From: a virus
Lineage: Duplodnaviria; Heunggongvirae; Uroviricota; Caudoviricetes
Reading direction: 5' to 3' (one strand)
DNA length: 49,583 bases
Virus record (IMG/VR): IMGVR_UViG_2737471854_000004
Span: 1-49,583 of that record
Below the pieces are notes generated by a model. It searched no databases, was not told the DNA's origin, and worked only from the letters and a program-made list of their open reading frames with translations. A program made the position numbers and the translations under genes. Numbering within the stretch: the first letter of the stretch is position 1; the number at the start of each line of letters is the position of its first letter. Positions 20,115-29,788 of the stretch are shown here, one piece after another.

Positions 20115-20823
20115 TGTTCAGGCTCCCTTGAGTGTTAATTTTTGCCAGACGACGCCCCGGAATTTTGAAAGCACTCAGCCAGACGTTCGGATCGCCCTGA
20201 TATTCAGTAATGCGACGTCCGGCTTCATCGTTGCGGATACGTTTATGAAGTTGCCCCTGCGTACTCATCATTTCTTTTTCGATGGACTGACGGGCGGCAC
20301 TGAAAATTGCGTCCTCAAGCACAGCCAGCGTTGCAGAATCCGCAATCGCGCGAATATTGACGTCCTTATGTGCCGGAGAGTGTTTCTGCATAGCGATTAG
20401 CGCACGCTTGCGGTAGTCCAGCGCATTTTCACCAGAAAACGGTGCTGGCGCGTTTTTACCGCAGGCACTGAATGCGGAGTCGGCTTTTGCCTGTGCTTCT
20501 GCCAGGGCTGAGTCATTGCGTTCTTTTTCTGCCTCCTCGGCAGCCTTACGCTGTTCTTCCGCTTCGGAATCAGCCTTTGCTTTCTCCTCAGCGTCTTTAG
20601 CTGCCGCCTCGTCAGCTTTGGCTTTTTCTTCCGCCTCCTTTGCCGCAGCTTCATCAGCTTTACGTTGTTCCTCTGCGGCTTCATCGGCTTTGGCCTTTTC
20701 TTCGGCCTCTTTTTTCGCCTGTTCTTCGGCATCCGCCCGCGCTTTGTCCCGCTGCTCCAGTGAGTCCATGCGCGTAACGACACCATCGATTTTCTGATTA
20801 ATGCCTTGCAGGGCATCGCTCAC
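20107..20823 (-). CDS. Putative scaffolding protein (coiled-coil, Ala/Glu/Lys repeats)
   Basis: 238 aa with tandem AEEKAKADEAA(A/E)(K/E) repeats; sits just upstream of the capsid block. Confidence 0.5.
   Translation of the reverse strand: MSDALQGINQKIDGVVTRMDSLEQRDKARADAEEQAKKEAEEKAKADEAAEEQRKADEAAAKEAEEKAKADEAAAKDAEEKAKADSEAEEQRKAAEEAEKERNDSALAEAQAKADSAFSACGKNAPAPFSGENALDYRKRALIAMQKHSPAHKDVNIRAIADSATLAVLEDAIFSAARQSIEKEMMSTQGQLHKRIRNDEAGRRITEYQGDPNVWLSAFKIPGRRLAKINTQGSLNNG
20480..20780. repeat. Tandem coding repeats (~33 bp) in the scaffold-like gene
   Basis: Repeated DNA unit gcttc(g/a)tcagctttggc(c/t)ttttcttc(c/g)gcctc visible on the + strand. Confidence 0.55.
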
Positions 20824-21428
20824 AACCCCTGTAACAGGGCCTGGAGTTCTTCTTTTTCCATCTCGATTTCACCTGTGTTTGTCACTTCAACCCCTGCGGG
20901 GATCCGGTCTTTATCCCACACACCCAGCGAGCCGTGGGCTTTCGTCACCAGGGCGATATGATCAACCAGGAAAGGAACGCCCTCGATTAAAAAATTGGTG
21001 TCACCTTCCTGTACTTCCACATTTCCTGATGTGCTGTTGAACACCACCGACGGACTTGTCGAAACATCCCCCTCAGTGATTTCTTCAACAATGCTCTGGA
21101 GGTAAACGCGGCACACCGCCCATACCTCATCACCCCGGATATACGGCAGCATGACGCTACCGACGATCCGCGATTTAAAATCCTCCTCCGTCAGAACTGC
21201 GTCGTCAGGATGGTTTGTGATAACCGGAAGGCCATTGCATCGCCTTAAAAACTCCTCGTTCAGATAGAGCTTTGGATCACGCCAGACGTGCTCTTTCAGC
21301 CCGGCGCGATAGGCAAGCCCGGTTCCGGTTATGCGCAAATTCACCAACCACATGTTGGAGAATTTCACCGGAGACGGTACGGTTCCGTCCCTGATGCGTT
21401 CTGCCACTTCAAGCTCGGTTAAACTCAC
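20820..21428 (-). CDS. Head morphogenesis-region protein (possible prohead protease or virion morphogenesis protein)
   Basis: 202 aa between the head-morphogenesis and scaffold genes; assignment by position only. Confidence 0.3.
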   Translation of the reverse strand: MSLTELEVAERIRDGTVPSPVKFSNMWLVNLRITGTGLAYRAGLKEHVWRDPKLYLNEEFLRRCNGLPVITNHPDDAVLTEEDFKSRIVGSVMLPYIRGDEVWAVCRVYLQSIVEEITEGDVSTSPSVVFNSTSGNVEVQEGDTNFLIEGVPFLVDHIALVTKAHGSLGVWDKDRIPAGVEVTNTGEIEMEKEELQALLQGL

Positions 21429-22242
21429 GTTTGCCCTTCTCCGTTAAAAATTCGTCGGGTAGTTTCTGAGGGGCGTAGATCGGCAGAGCATCGCAACTGC
21501 AATAAACCTCCTCCCCGGCAGCAGTGATTTCGTCATAAAAACCATATACGGGCTTAATAAGCCCCTGCTCCAGCGCCCACGAATCGCGGAGGAGATAAAT
21601 TTTCTCGTCGCGCTCTTTGTGGTCCTGTCGGTATTTGTAGCCCGGACGCCGCCAGTTAGAATGCCAGCGCAGAGCAATCGCACCACTCTGAACAGCCAGC
21701 AGATACTTAACGTTGCTCGCCAGCTTATGTCCCTGGTCAATTGCCACCCGGCGACTGATAAAATCCATATCCTTCACGGACTTCTGAAAACCGGACTTCA
21801 CTTCCCGGCGATCAATTTCGCTCACCCCGTCAGGCGGAATGGACGTAACCCATCCCTGAAAACGCTGTATGGTTTTCTCGATAGCCTGTTCGCGGTTGAG
21901 TTTTATCAGGTTGGCACTGGCGAAAATTCGCCTGTCGAGTTCCTTGCGAAACTCAGGTTTCAGTTTTTCAACAGTGATTTTTTTAGGGCCGTCAGGAGGC
22001 TGATCCCGTAATGCCCCGCCGTCGATGACAAGACGGCTGTAGATAGCGGTGAGATGTTTTCTGGCTACGGTATCATCAGGGGTTTCTCGCTGAGCGGCTA
22101 CACGGAGTTTCCGGCACCATTCGAGCAATGATTTTTCGCTATCCCACCCGTGATTTACGTAGTAGTTAACGGCATCCGTCAGAACCTCATACAGCGTCCT
22201 GATCCGTTTCTTCTTCCTCCCCGCCCGGCTGGAAATTGCCAT
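21409..22242 (-). CDS. Minor head / head morphogenesis protein (F-like)
   Basis: ORF 21409..22380 overlaps the portal by 193 nt; start moved to the internal Met (MAISS...). Immediately downstream of the portal. Confidence 0.4.
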   Translation of the reverse strand: MAISSRAGRKKKRIRTLYEVLTDAVNYYVNHGWDSEKSLLEWCRKLRVAAQRETPDDTVARKHLTAIYSRLVIDGGALRDQPPDGPKKITVEKLKPEFRKELDRRIFASANLIKLNREQAIEKTIQRFQGWVTSIPPDGVSEIDRREVKSGFQKSVKDMDFISRRVAIDQGHKLASNVKYLLAVQSGAIALRWHSNWRRPGYKYRQDHKERDEKIYLLRDSWALEQGLIKPVYGFYDEITAAGEEVYCSCDALPIYAPQKLPDEFLTEKGKREFNRA

Positions 22243-23626
22243 CAGGCGTCTCCTGCTTCGGTGGTTCATAATTCGCCAGGGCGTCCACATCAATGATGAG
22301 TGGAGCTTCGCCATAGGTCTGCGTGGCATTAACAAGGCTTGCCAGCCATTCAGTGACGGCGGCACGGTTTTCAGGATCAACCTGTAGCGACACGGCAGAG
22401 AAAAGTGCTATCGCCTGTTGAATCACTTTACTGTCGCTTTCCCGGCGTTTGTCCGGCGACTCCTCCACCAGCTCCTGCCACGTCGCGGTAAACTCGCGCC
22501 GCCACTGGTAAAACGTGGTTTTATAGTCCTCGGTTATGATGTCCGGGTAATCATTTTTCAGCGACTGATAAAATTCCTCGTTCCAGGCGATGTACTGCAC
22601 CAGGCGTTCGAAATAATCCATCACAGGTTCAATCTGCTGGCGTACACCATCGATATACTGGCTGATGGCTTTCGAGTCCTCGGTTCCTTCACCGAAACCA
22701 TTCGAGAAAGCCTCCTCCTTGATGAGAATCGCGGGAACATCGCTACCTGATGCAATATCGGAAATAATGTTGTCGCGGGCGGCATTTAGCGCGCCATCGA
22801 TGTTTTGTAAATTCAGCGAGGTAACGTCCTCATCCTTCCCGATACTAAGCACACCTTTATTTTTTGCCTCTTTGACATTTTCCCTTTTTCGTCCCGTGGC
22901 GGCAGCCATGATCCCGTCAAGTTTCGAACCATACTGCACAACTTTAGCCACCAGCACGCCTGCCTTCTGGCTGACGAGATCATTCGCCTCCATCGTATTG
23001 ATATAGGATTTCAGGGAATAAAGAACGCGCTGAAACACGCTTCGCCCGGTGAATCCGAACGATGAACTCTGAAACTCCAGATAAATCGGTGTGCCATTGA
23101 AAATTTTCAGTGTGCGTGACGGATGCCAGTCTTTTCCGCCAATCTTCAGCTTTTTATTGGCTTCCTGGAAAAACGGGCTGTTTGGGTTCTGGTCAGTCAC
23201 CATCGAACCAGAAGCGTTCAACGGGTCCCACGCGTTGATATACACATCATCTTCTGTCAGTCCGAATGTCGGAAGCGGCTCACGACATGGAACACTGTCG
23301 GTGCCCACGCCGATCGCTGCGGCACCGTAGCAACGAGACAGAAAAAACAGATTTTTAATCTTCTCGTTAACCTTCATACGTTCCCATACCTCCTGGAAAC
23401 GCCGCACAACCCGCTCGTCAGGGTCTGTCTCCACGTTGTACTGACGCGGCTTACACATCGCCATAAGTATGGGTTTTTCGACAAGTTTTCCGCCCAGAGG
23501 ATGGAATTGCCACAGCTGCTTACACAATTCATAGCCAATGTCGGTTCCCGGCTGAATTTCTTCAGCCTCAAGAATATGCATCAGTGCTGAACCGAGGCCG
23601 CCAGTAATCTCGATCTCTGCCATCAA
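22187..23626 (-). CDS. Portal protein
   Basis: 479 aa directly downstream of the large terminase; acidic C-terminus. Confidence 0.55.
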   Translation of the reverse strand: MMAEIEITGGLGSALMHILEAEEIQPGTDIGYELCKQLWQFHPLGGKLVEKPILMAMCKPRQYNVETDPDERVVRRFQEVWERMKVNEKIKNLFFLSRCYGAAAIGVGTDSVPCREPLPTFGLTEDDVYINAWDPLNASGSMVTDQNPNSPFFQEANKKLKIGGKDWHPSRTLKIFNGTPIYLEFQSSSFGFTGRSVFQRVLYSLKSYINTMEANDLVSQKAGVLVAKVVQYGSKLDGIMAAATGRKRENVKEAKNKGVLSIGKDEDVTSLNLQNIDGALNAARDNIISDIASGSDVPAILIKEEAFSNGFGEGTEDSKAISQYIDGVRQQIEPVMDYFERLVQYIAWNEEFYQSLKNDYPDIITEDYKTTFYQWRREFTATWQELVEESPDKRRESDSKVIQQAIALFSAVSLQVDPENRAAVTEWLASLVNATQTYGEAPLIIDVDALANYEPPKQETPDGNFQPGGEEEETDQDAV

Positions 23627-23640
23627 AAATATCCTGATTT

Positions 23641-24969
23641 TTACAACTCCGCGTAATTACCGTGCGCGATGATCAATCCATAGGTGTAACAATCGAAAAG
23701 GTCATCAGCACGTTTATGCGCGTCTTTATCCGCCAGGTGGAATCCGGCGATTTGTTTTATGAGGTGGTTTGCGGTGGTGCGCTTGAATGAAACGGTCTTG
23801 TCGTAAGCCTCCCGGACGATTTTGCACATCCCCTGATAGTGGTAGCTGGATGCCATCACCGCCCGTTCGTCTTTGCCCTTGCTGGTTAGTGCCGATTTAA
23901 TCGGCGTCATATCCCAGCCTTCGGTTTCCGCCTTCTGGTTGAGGATTGCCCCCATCGCGGCGTCTTCCATAAAAATTCCCTGGCTGCCCAGACGCGGACG
24001 GCATAATTTCGCGAGGCGCTCAAGGTTGTCATAAACGCCGGGGATATATTCAGGAAGCAATGACGCTTTAATTTGCGTAACATCCCAGTCAATAATCGTC
24101 AGTTTTGGCTCTTCCGAATACGTTGACTCATAAGCGAAATACAACACGCCAGTACCATCATTTTCGGTCCCGCCTTTCAGCGCCGTATCCATCACTGCGA
24201 AAATCATGTCGCAGTACGGCGGCATCTCAATCGGCTGACCGTCCACCAGCAGCTTATCGACATCGAGTAACGCGTCTTTGGACCAGTCCACGAACTCGGC
24301 AAGATATTCCTGCTGCCAGACGCGCGGATCGGATTTCTTCTCCGTTTCCTCCAGTTCTTCTTTCGGAATATACGGATTCGATGAAGTTGGCGCATGGTGC
24401 ATGACAAATCCCAGGGATTCATCGTGGCATATCGCGTAGAAAAAATTGCTCTCGTCGATACCGTTTGGTGTGGAAAATACCCACGCACAGCCGCGGTAAT
24501 CGACAAGCGTCGGGCGTATAGCTCGGGGCCAGATTTCCTCGAGCATTTCCGGCGATTTAGTGAATGCTGCCTCATCAATCAGCACAGCGTGATATTTACG
24601 CCCACGCCCGGCCAGTTTGTTATTGTCCGTTACCCAAAAGTCGATGCGCCCCCCATTACGGAGAATAATGCGCTTTTCATTTTTTGACTGGCTGAGGATC
24701 AGCGGTTGCAGAACGGCGCTAATTTCATCCCAGATTTCCTGGTACTGGCGGTATTGTGCGGTAAAAATCCCCACCCTACCCGCGATAAGTTGCCCGGTGG
24801 TAGGAACGGCAAATTTCCGCGTAGCGAAACTGGTAGCGATGTTTACCAGCATCACCGTTTTACCCCAGCGACGACCACAGCATACCGCGTGGAAGCGTTC
24901 CTCTATTGCCGCCGTCCATGCAGCTATTTGCCCCTCATGAGGTTTTGGGAGGTAGATTTCAATCGACAT
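23641..24969 (-). CDS. Terminase large subunit
   Basis: 442 aa; Walker A-like CCGRRWGKT and Walker B-like VLIDEAAF; C-terminal nuclease-like region with acidic residues. Confidence 0.8.
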   Translation of the reverse strand: MSIEIYLPKPHEGQIAAWTAAIEERFHAVCCGRRWGKTVMLVNIATSFATRKFAVPTTGQLIAGRVGIFTAQYRQYQEIWDEISAVLQPLILSQSKNEKRIILRNGGRIDFWVTDNNKLAGRGRKYHAVLIDEAAFTKSPEMLEEIWPRAIRPTLVDYRGCAWVFSTPNGIDESNFFYAICHDESLGFVMHHAPTSSNPYIPKEELEETEKKSDPRVWQQEYLAEFVDWSKDALLDVDKLLVDGQPIEMPPYCDMIFAVMDTALKGGTENDGTGVLYFAYESTYSEEPKLTIIDWDVTQIKASLLPEYIPGVYDNLERLAKLCRPRLGSQGIFMEDAAMGAILNQKAETEGWDMTPIKSALTSKGKDERAVMASSYHYQGMCKIVREAYDKTVSFKRTTANHLIKQIAGFHLADKDAHKRADDLFDCYTYGLIIAHGNYAEL

Positions 24970-26050
24970 TATCCACTCCCGGCATCGGCAGAGAGTTGTG
25001 GATAATTATTTCGTTATTCTCACCACCCACGCCTTTTTTGAGGTTTTCAATCTCAGTGCGCAGCTTTTCGTTGCGAAGCCTCAGTCCTTCAAGCTCCAGA
25101 TCATTGCGACTGTCAGTTGCACCACCAGCAGAACTTCCTTTCGTCGCCATTATCAGCTTGATAAGTTCGCGCCGGGCGGCAGCCTTATCCTCCAGCAGGA
25201 TCTCAACACCAAATTTCCCGAGCTTTGCCCCTGCATATAATTGTCGCGCATCCCCATCAAGCAGAGTGGTATCAGCCATATAAAGCTGTCCCGTTCCCTC
25301 ACCGCAGCACTTCGGACAATCCGGATTGGGTATGGCGTTATCAACAAAGCCGAGGCCTCCATATTCCGGCTCGGGTTTGCCATCTCTGGAGGCCTGTGCC
25401 GCTGCCTTATCGAATTCTGCAATATCACGCCACTGGTAGAGATGATTCTCGCCCCAGCAATAACGGCAGTTAACACGGCGAAATTGTGCCAACTGATTGG
25501 GGTCGGCCTGGACAATAGCCATCAACTGACTCACCAGTAAATCCAGGTCTGCGGTATAGCGTTTCTGATACTGATTGCGGAAGTAGCTGATAGCACGATA
25601 AACCCTGGCATTTCTAAGCATACGGCTGGCGTTGCTGTTAGCTGTCGCACCTTGCCCCTCATAACCAGCCAGTCGGTATGCCTCTGTCGGCTTTTTCCCC
25701 TGAGCAACAAGCATCGCAAACTTAGCCTGCTGGTCAGAAATGCCGAATTCATCGGGGCAGAACGAAAATTCCTCCGCGTCGCCCTCATTCAGGCACGCAT
25801 CGGATACTGGCTTTTTTTTCTGAGATTTTCCGTTCCGCTTTTGCGCAGTCTGCGCAGATTTTTTCTGCGCACTTTGTTGCGCAGTTTTGCGCATTTCTGT
25901 CTGCGCATTTTTCGGAGGTTTTTTGATGTAACGACGGGCTGTTGCGTAATTCAGTCCCCTTGCCTCACACCATGCCACCGGAGATACACCGGAGCGGGTG
26001 TATTCAGCAATATATTCCTGCTGCAACGCCCCCCAGTCCGGTCTGCTCAT
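24959..26050 (-). CDS. Terminase small subunit (with N-terminal HTH and a Cys-rich zinc-ribbon-like segment)
   Basis: 363 aa; central motif FAMLVAQGKKPTEAYRLAGYEGQGATANSNASRMLRNARV resembles the terminase small subunit signature; CxxC...CxxCC cluster; overlaps terminase large start. Confidence 0.55.
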   Translation of the reverse strand: MSRPDWGALQQEYIAEYTRSGVSPVAWCEARGLNYATARRYIKKPPKNAQTEMRKTAQQSAQKKSAQTAQKRNGKSQKKKPVSDACLNEGDAEEFSFCPDEFGISDQQAKFAMLVAQGKKPTEAYRLAGYEGQGATANSNASRMLRNARVYRAISYFRNQYQKRYTADLDLLVSQLMAIVQADPNQLAQFRRVNCRYCWGENHLYQWRDIAEFDKAAAQASRDGKPEPEYGGLGFVDNAIPNPDCPKCCGEGTGQLYMADTTLLDGDARQLYAGAKLGKFGVEILLEDKAAARRELIKLIMATKGSSAGGATDSRNDLELEGLRLRNEKLRTEIENLKKGVGGENNEIIIHNSLPMPGVDNVD

Positions 26051-26053
26051 TAG

Positions 26054-26305
26054 TTAGTCCTGATTTTTATCCACCCTGAGTAGTTCACGCAGGGCAAAGG
26101 CATCCCCTTTTCTGGCAAGCTTAAACAATGCCGCCCGTAGTTCGGCTTCACCTTTCGCTCTGCCCTTACGGATGGATGCGTAAAAATCTGTCATTGCTTC
26201 CCGATTTTCTTTCAGTCGGTTCAGATCAACATCCAGAACGTCAGCGATTTGTTGTGCAGTCATCCGGCACGCTGCCAGAGACTCGACTTTCGAATACGGA
26301 ATCAT
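26054..26305 (-). CDS. Small hypothetical protein (possible HTH)
   Basis: 83-aa ORF upstream of the small terminase; start uncertain because it overlaps the upstream gene by about 65 nt. Confidence 0.25.
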   Translation of the reverse strand: MIPYSKVESLAACRMTAQQIADVLDVDLNRLKENREAMTDFYASIRKGRAKGEAELRAALFKLARKGDAFALRELLRVDKNQD

Positions 26306-27194
26306 TTGTCACCCCCATTGATATGCAGGGTGTCTTCTTCCTGTATTTTTCGTGAAGGATTTTTACTGCAGCGTTGTTCCAAGTGACCTGATGGTGAATG
26401 CGTTTATGGCTGGCCCCCATCAGTGAGATTTTTACGCACGAGGGCGCATACATGACGGAGTAAAAACTTTTAACGTAGGTTCCGGAATCCAGATACAGCT
26501 CGGTCATTCCGCCGCTGTTTTTCTGCGTCTGTTTCTGCCCTAACTGGACAGCACCGATCGTCATAAACAATTCACCACAGCGACCGAGATTCGTGTACGT
26601 ATTCACATCCTCGTTAATGCGCCCCATGAATGAGAACGGTCGATCAACCGAACAGATAAAGCTGTTCATTGCCTTGCGTTTCACCCACGAAGCATGGCCG
26701 CCATTGTCACCAAGAAAATCCCCGCCCTGCGACATAGCGATGGAAAGCGCAGGTATTGATTCGTAGTACGCCAGCATTTCAGAAAGGATCGCATCCAGTT
26801 TTCTTATCGGGAAATAGGCCTGGTCATAGTTGCGATCCACCCGAAACTGGAACTCGTGATAATCATCATCGAGCTGAATGAAGTATTTACACCCGACCAG
26901 TTTTGCCAGGTCGAAACAGGCATTACGGGCGTAAAAAATTGAGCGGCGATCACCGAAATTATCGGCTTCGTCAAAACGACTGGCTATATCGGCTTTGGAA
27001 AACACCAGCACCTGTTCACCAAATTCAGCTATGTACTGATGCCGTGTCTTATCTTCATCATCAACAACGATAAAAACTTTCCCGGTATAGCCAGCACGAC
27101 GCAACGTCCGGTAAGTCAGAACTTTGTCCGGGCGCCCGTGAGTCAGAATAAAGGCGCAAAAATCATCACGCATATTCCTCCTCCTCCCCGCCAT
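26241..27194 (-). CDS. GT-A-like (DxD) putative glycosyltransferase/nucleotidyltransferase-fold protein
   Basis: 317 aa; N-terminal strand motif FILTHGRPDKV (resembles the GT2 'PTYNRP' strand) and hydrophobic-DDD motif YFIQLDDDY; no methyltransferase motifs seen. Confidence 0.35.
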   Translation of the reverse strand: MAGRRRNMRDDFCAFILTHGRPDKVLTYRTLRRAGYTGKVFIVVDDEDKTRHQYIAEFGEQVLVFSKADIASRFDEADNFGDRRSIFYARNACFDLAKLVGCKYFIQLDDDYHEFQFRVDRNYDQAYFPIRKLDAILSEMLAYYESIPALSIAMSQGGDFLGDNGGHASWVKRKAMNSFICSVDRPFSFMGRINEDVNTYTNLGRCGELFMTIGAVQLGQKQTQKNSGGMTELYLDSGTYVKSFYSVMYAPSCVKISLMGASHKRIHHQVTWNNAAVKILHEKYRKKTPCISMGVTNDSVFESRVSGSVPDDCTTNR

Positions 27195-27957
27195 GCATGA
27201 TCTCCACCATGCGCTGCGTCATCCGGACAAATCCATTTTCAATAGCCTGCTGATAATCAATGATCACCAGCGCCGACTCCTCAAAAAGGTTCTGAATTTC
27301 AGCGGGGGCGTGAGCGTAATAGTCCGCAATTCTGCTGAAATTAAACACCGTGTGACGTTCTGCCGCGCACAGGAGGAATTTTTCGATATCAGGCTCAAGG
27401 GACGCCGAACGTATCCGGCTGACCAGCTCCTGAGTTTTCGTATCGTCGCACAGTTCACTGATATCCGGTTTATCGCCTGACGGCTCATAAACAGGCGTAT
27501 CAATTTTCGTCGTGTACGGCTCCTCCTCATTTCCTGTACCTGGCAAAACATCCGTCAACAATTCATCAATTTCTGTTGGGCTGAATCCTGTCAGGGAGAC
27601 ATCAAAATCAGCATTGATTAGGTCCGACAGCTCCATCCGTAACAGATCTTCATCCCAGCCAGCATTCATCGGCAGGCGATTATCTGCCAGGCGGTACGCC
27701 TTTTTTTGGTCATCCGTCAGACCAGACAGAACAATGACCGGAACCGAATCCATTTTGAGCACTTCAGCCGCCATAACACGACCGTGACCCGCAATAATTT
27801 CGCCCTTTTCATCAATCAGCACTGGATTAGTCCAGCCGAATTGCTTAATGCTTTCTACCAGTTGTGCCACCTGCTCAGGGCTGTGTGTCCTGGCATTGTG
27901 TGCATACGGAGATAGTTCTTGTAACGGGCGATAGACGATCTTCAATTTCTCGCTCAT
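27166..27957 (-). CDS. ParB-like nuclease domain protein
   Basis: 263 aa; N-terminal region (...LIDEKGEIIAGHGRVMAAEVL...) matches the ParB/Srx N-terminal fold; acidic C-terminus. Confidence 0.6.
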   Translation of the reverse strand: MSEKLKIVYRPLQELSPYAHNARTHSPEQVAQLVESIKQFGWTNPVLIDEKGEIIAGHGRVMAAEVLKMDSVPVIVLSGLTDDQKKAYRLADNRLPMNAGWDEDLLRMELSDLINADFDVSLTGFSPTEIDELLTDVLPGTGNEEEPYTTKIDTPVYEPSGDKPDISELCDDTKTQELVSRIRSASLEPDIEKFLLCAAERHTVFNFSRIADYYAHAPAEIQNLFEESALVIIDYQQAIENGFVRMTQRMVEIMHGGEEEEYA

Positions 27958-28557
27958 ACAGCCTCGCTTTATGAATAAAAAAGCCCACTATCGGCCAGTG
28001 CGCTGGGTGCGCGGCGGGTGCTGATAACGAGCTTTGACATTATCGCAGCCCCTCACACTGAAGGGCTGCTGTAATGCCTGTTACTCACAAATCAAACGAG
28101 CATGCTGACCACTCATTTCAATGCGTAAGTATTGTGGCTTGCCGTCAATCAACGCGGTGATTAACTTGTCACCTGTAGGTGTCCACATAATTTTCTCCTG
28201 TTTTAATGCCCCTTGCCGCCAGGCAGTTGATCAAAGTTCATCTTGATTCGGCAAGATTTAGAATGAATAAGATAAAATTGGCACACGCAGCAGAATTTCA
28301 TACTTTCCGGACGCTGACGCACCCTTCATTTTTCAGCAAAATATTCTGCTATTACAGGCGATCAGTTCTGCATACACTGCCGAACACCGTCGACAATTTC
28401 ACAAACCTGAGAAGATGTATCGAAAAGCTGGCGCGCCTTATCCAGACTGACGCATCCCGCCAGAAAAAAGGCACCAGTATCGCTACCAGTGCCCATTTCG
28501 CCGCCGTTCGCGGCATTCTGTGTGTCCAGTGTTTTCTGCTCATAACACACCTGGTTA

Positions 28558-28941
28558 TCAGCGTTTCAACTGAAAGTGAGGCCCGTCTTTCAGTGTTTTC
28601 CAGTCCCCGCCCCATTCGATGGCAGTTCCCAGCTCTGCGGCAGCCTGCTTAAATGCCTGCGCGATTTTCTCGTACAGAGGCCAGTCCCATGACACCTGGC
28701 TGCCAACCCAGGCAACAACATCCACCGCATCACCGGTCAGGTGGCGGCTGTTCATGGTCTGGCTTTTCCCTTCCGCGACCAGCTGTTTCTGGCGTTCTTT
28801 CGTGCGCAGCCCTTCCGTAATACCGAAATCAACCTCCGTCAGCTCCAGCGCACGGCGAACGACAGCAACCAGCTGTGGTTTAACGCCCTCCAGATTTTTT
28901 TCACTGCGACGGCTGAATCTGAATTTACCCGACATATTCAC
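28558..28941 (-). CDS. Endolysin, peptidase M15 (L-alanyl-D-glutamate peptidase) family
   Basis: 127 aa with SRHLTGDAVDV ... GGDW ... DGPHFQL motifs, a zinc-peptidase signature known from phage endolysins. Confidence 0.8.
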   Translation of the reverse strand: MNMSGKFRFSRRSEKNLEGVKPQLVAVVRRALELTEVDFGITEGLRTKERQKQLVAEGKSQTMNSRHLTGDAVDVVAWVGSQVSWDWPLYEKIAQAFKQAAAELGTAIEWGGDWKTLKDGPHFQLKR

Positions 28942-29213
28942 CTCAACAATGGAAAGATTTTTGTGACGTTCCCGCGTGCGCGTATCACCAGCACGCAGAA
29001 CAGCAGGTTAAAAAACACTTCCAGCCAGCCCGTTGCTAACGGGCGACCACACAGATAGCTGAGGGGCGCAAAGGCATACAGCAGCATCAGCAGCCACGCC
29101 AGCCATGACATCAGCGGTTTATGTCTGGAATCACGGCGACGATAAAAAAAGAGCGTCAGCACGATAACCGTGCATAACGCTACATTCAGCAATCCGGGAA
29201 TGTTACTTAACAT
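28938..29213 (-). CDS. Small two-TM membrane protein in lysis cassette (holin/antiholin-like)
   Basis: ORF 28938..29267; two hydrophobic helices (LLNVALCTVIVLTLFF; WLAWLLMLLYAFAPL); between holin and endolysin. Confidence 0.4.
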   Translation of the reverse strand: MLSNIPGLLNVALCTVIVLTLFFYRRRDSRHKPLMSWLAWLLMLLYAFAPLSYLCGRPLATGWLEVFFNLLFCVLVIRARGNVTKIFPLLR

Positions 29214-29596
29214 TGCCGCCTCCTCCACCCCGCAGACGGGAGAACAGGCCGGACACCAGTGATGCAATATCCTGCTGGTGGATGAACGAGAGAATCTTCA
29301 CCGACACCACTGACACCAGCACTGCACACAGTGCGTCGACAGGCGCACCGTCAAACCCTGTATGCTTTACCAGCCAGGATGCCAGAACCTCTGCGCCCAG
29401 CACGCCGATAATGAACGACACCAGAAAATGCGCCGCCACACGCCAGGCTGAAAGCGCCTGCGGCATCGTTGCCACAAATAACGCCCCGGCGAACGCACCA
29501 AACACAATCCCGAAATCCGTTCCGGTAAACAGCCCGAATACCGTCGCCCCGCCGAGCGCCACAGCCGTACCGGAACCGGATAAGGGTTCAGACATG
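29203..29596 (-). CDS. Holin
   Basis: Internal start MSEPLSG preceded by GGAGGAAAAAGC; three or more hydrophobic helices, charged C-terminus; first gene of the lysis cassette. Confidence 0.5.
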
Positions 29597-29758
29597 CTTT
29601 TTCCTCCCACAAATAAAAAAGGGCCTCCAGCGGCCCGTAAAAACACCCTGTCAAAGGCACCCGCAGATGCCTTTTGTGTGGTGTTATCTGATGTGATGTG
29701 CGCCGGGCGCGGCGCGGATATGAAAAAGGCCCGCCGGAGCGAGCCATACAAAACTGAA

Positions 29759-29788
29759 TAAAAAAAACCGCCCGGTAGAGGCGGTTGG
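29759..29788 (-). terminator. Intrinsic terminator upstream of the lysis cassette
   Basis: On the - strand: AACCGCC-loop-GGCGGTT followed by eight Ts. Confidence 0.7.

Noticed and set aside
20480-20780. Possible CRISPR-like repeat array
   Set aside because: The repeats are in-frame coding repeats of a coiled-coil protein with no spacer-like unique sequences; no CRISPR array is present in the window.
28352-28615. Rz/Rz1-like spanin pair (87-aa and 62-aa overlapping ORFs)
   Set aside because: Neither has a proper signal peptide plus lipobox or a periplasmic coiled-coil; the LAGC in the 62-aa ORF is not preceded by a credible signal sequence.
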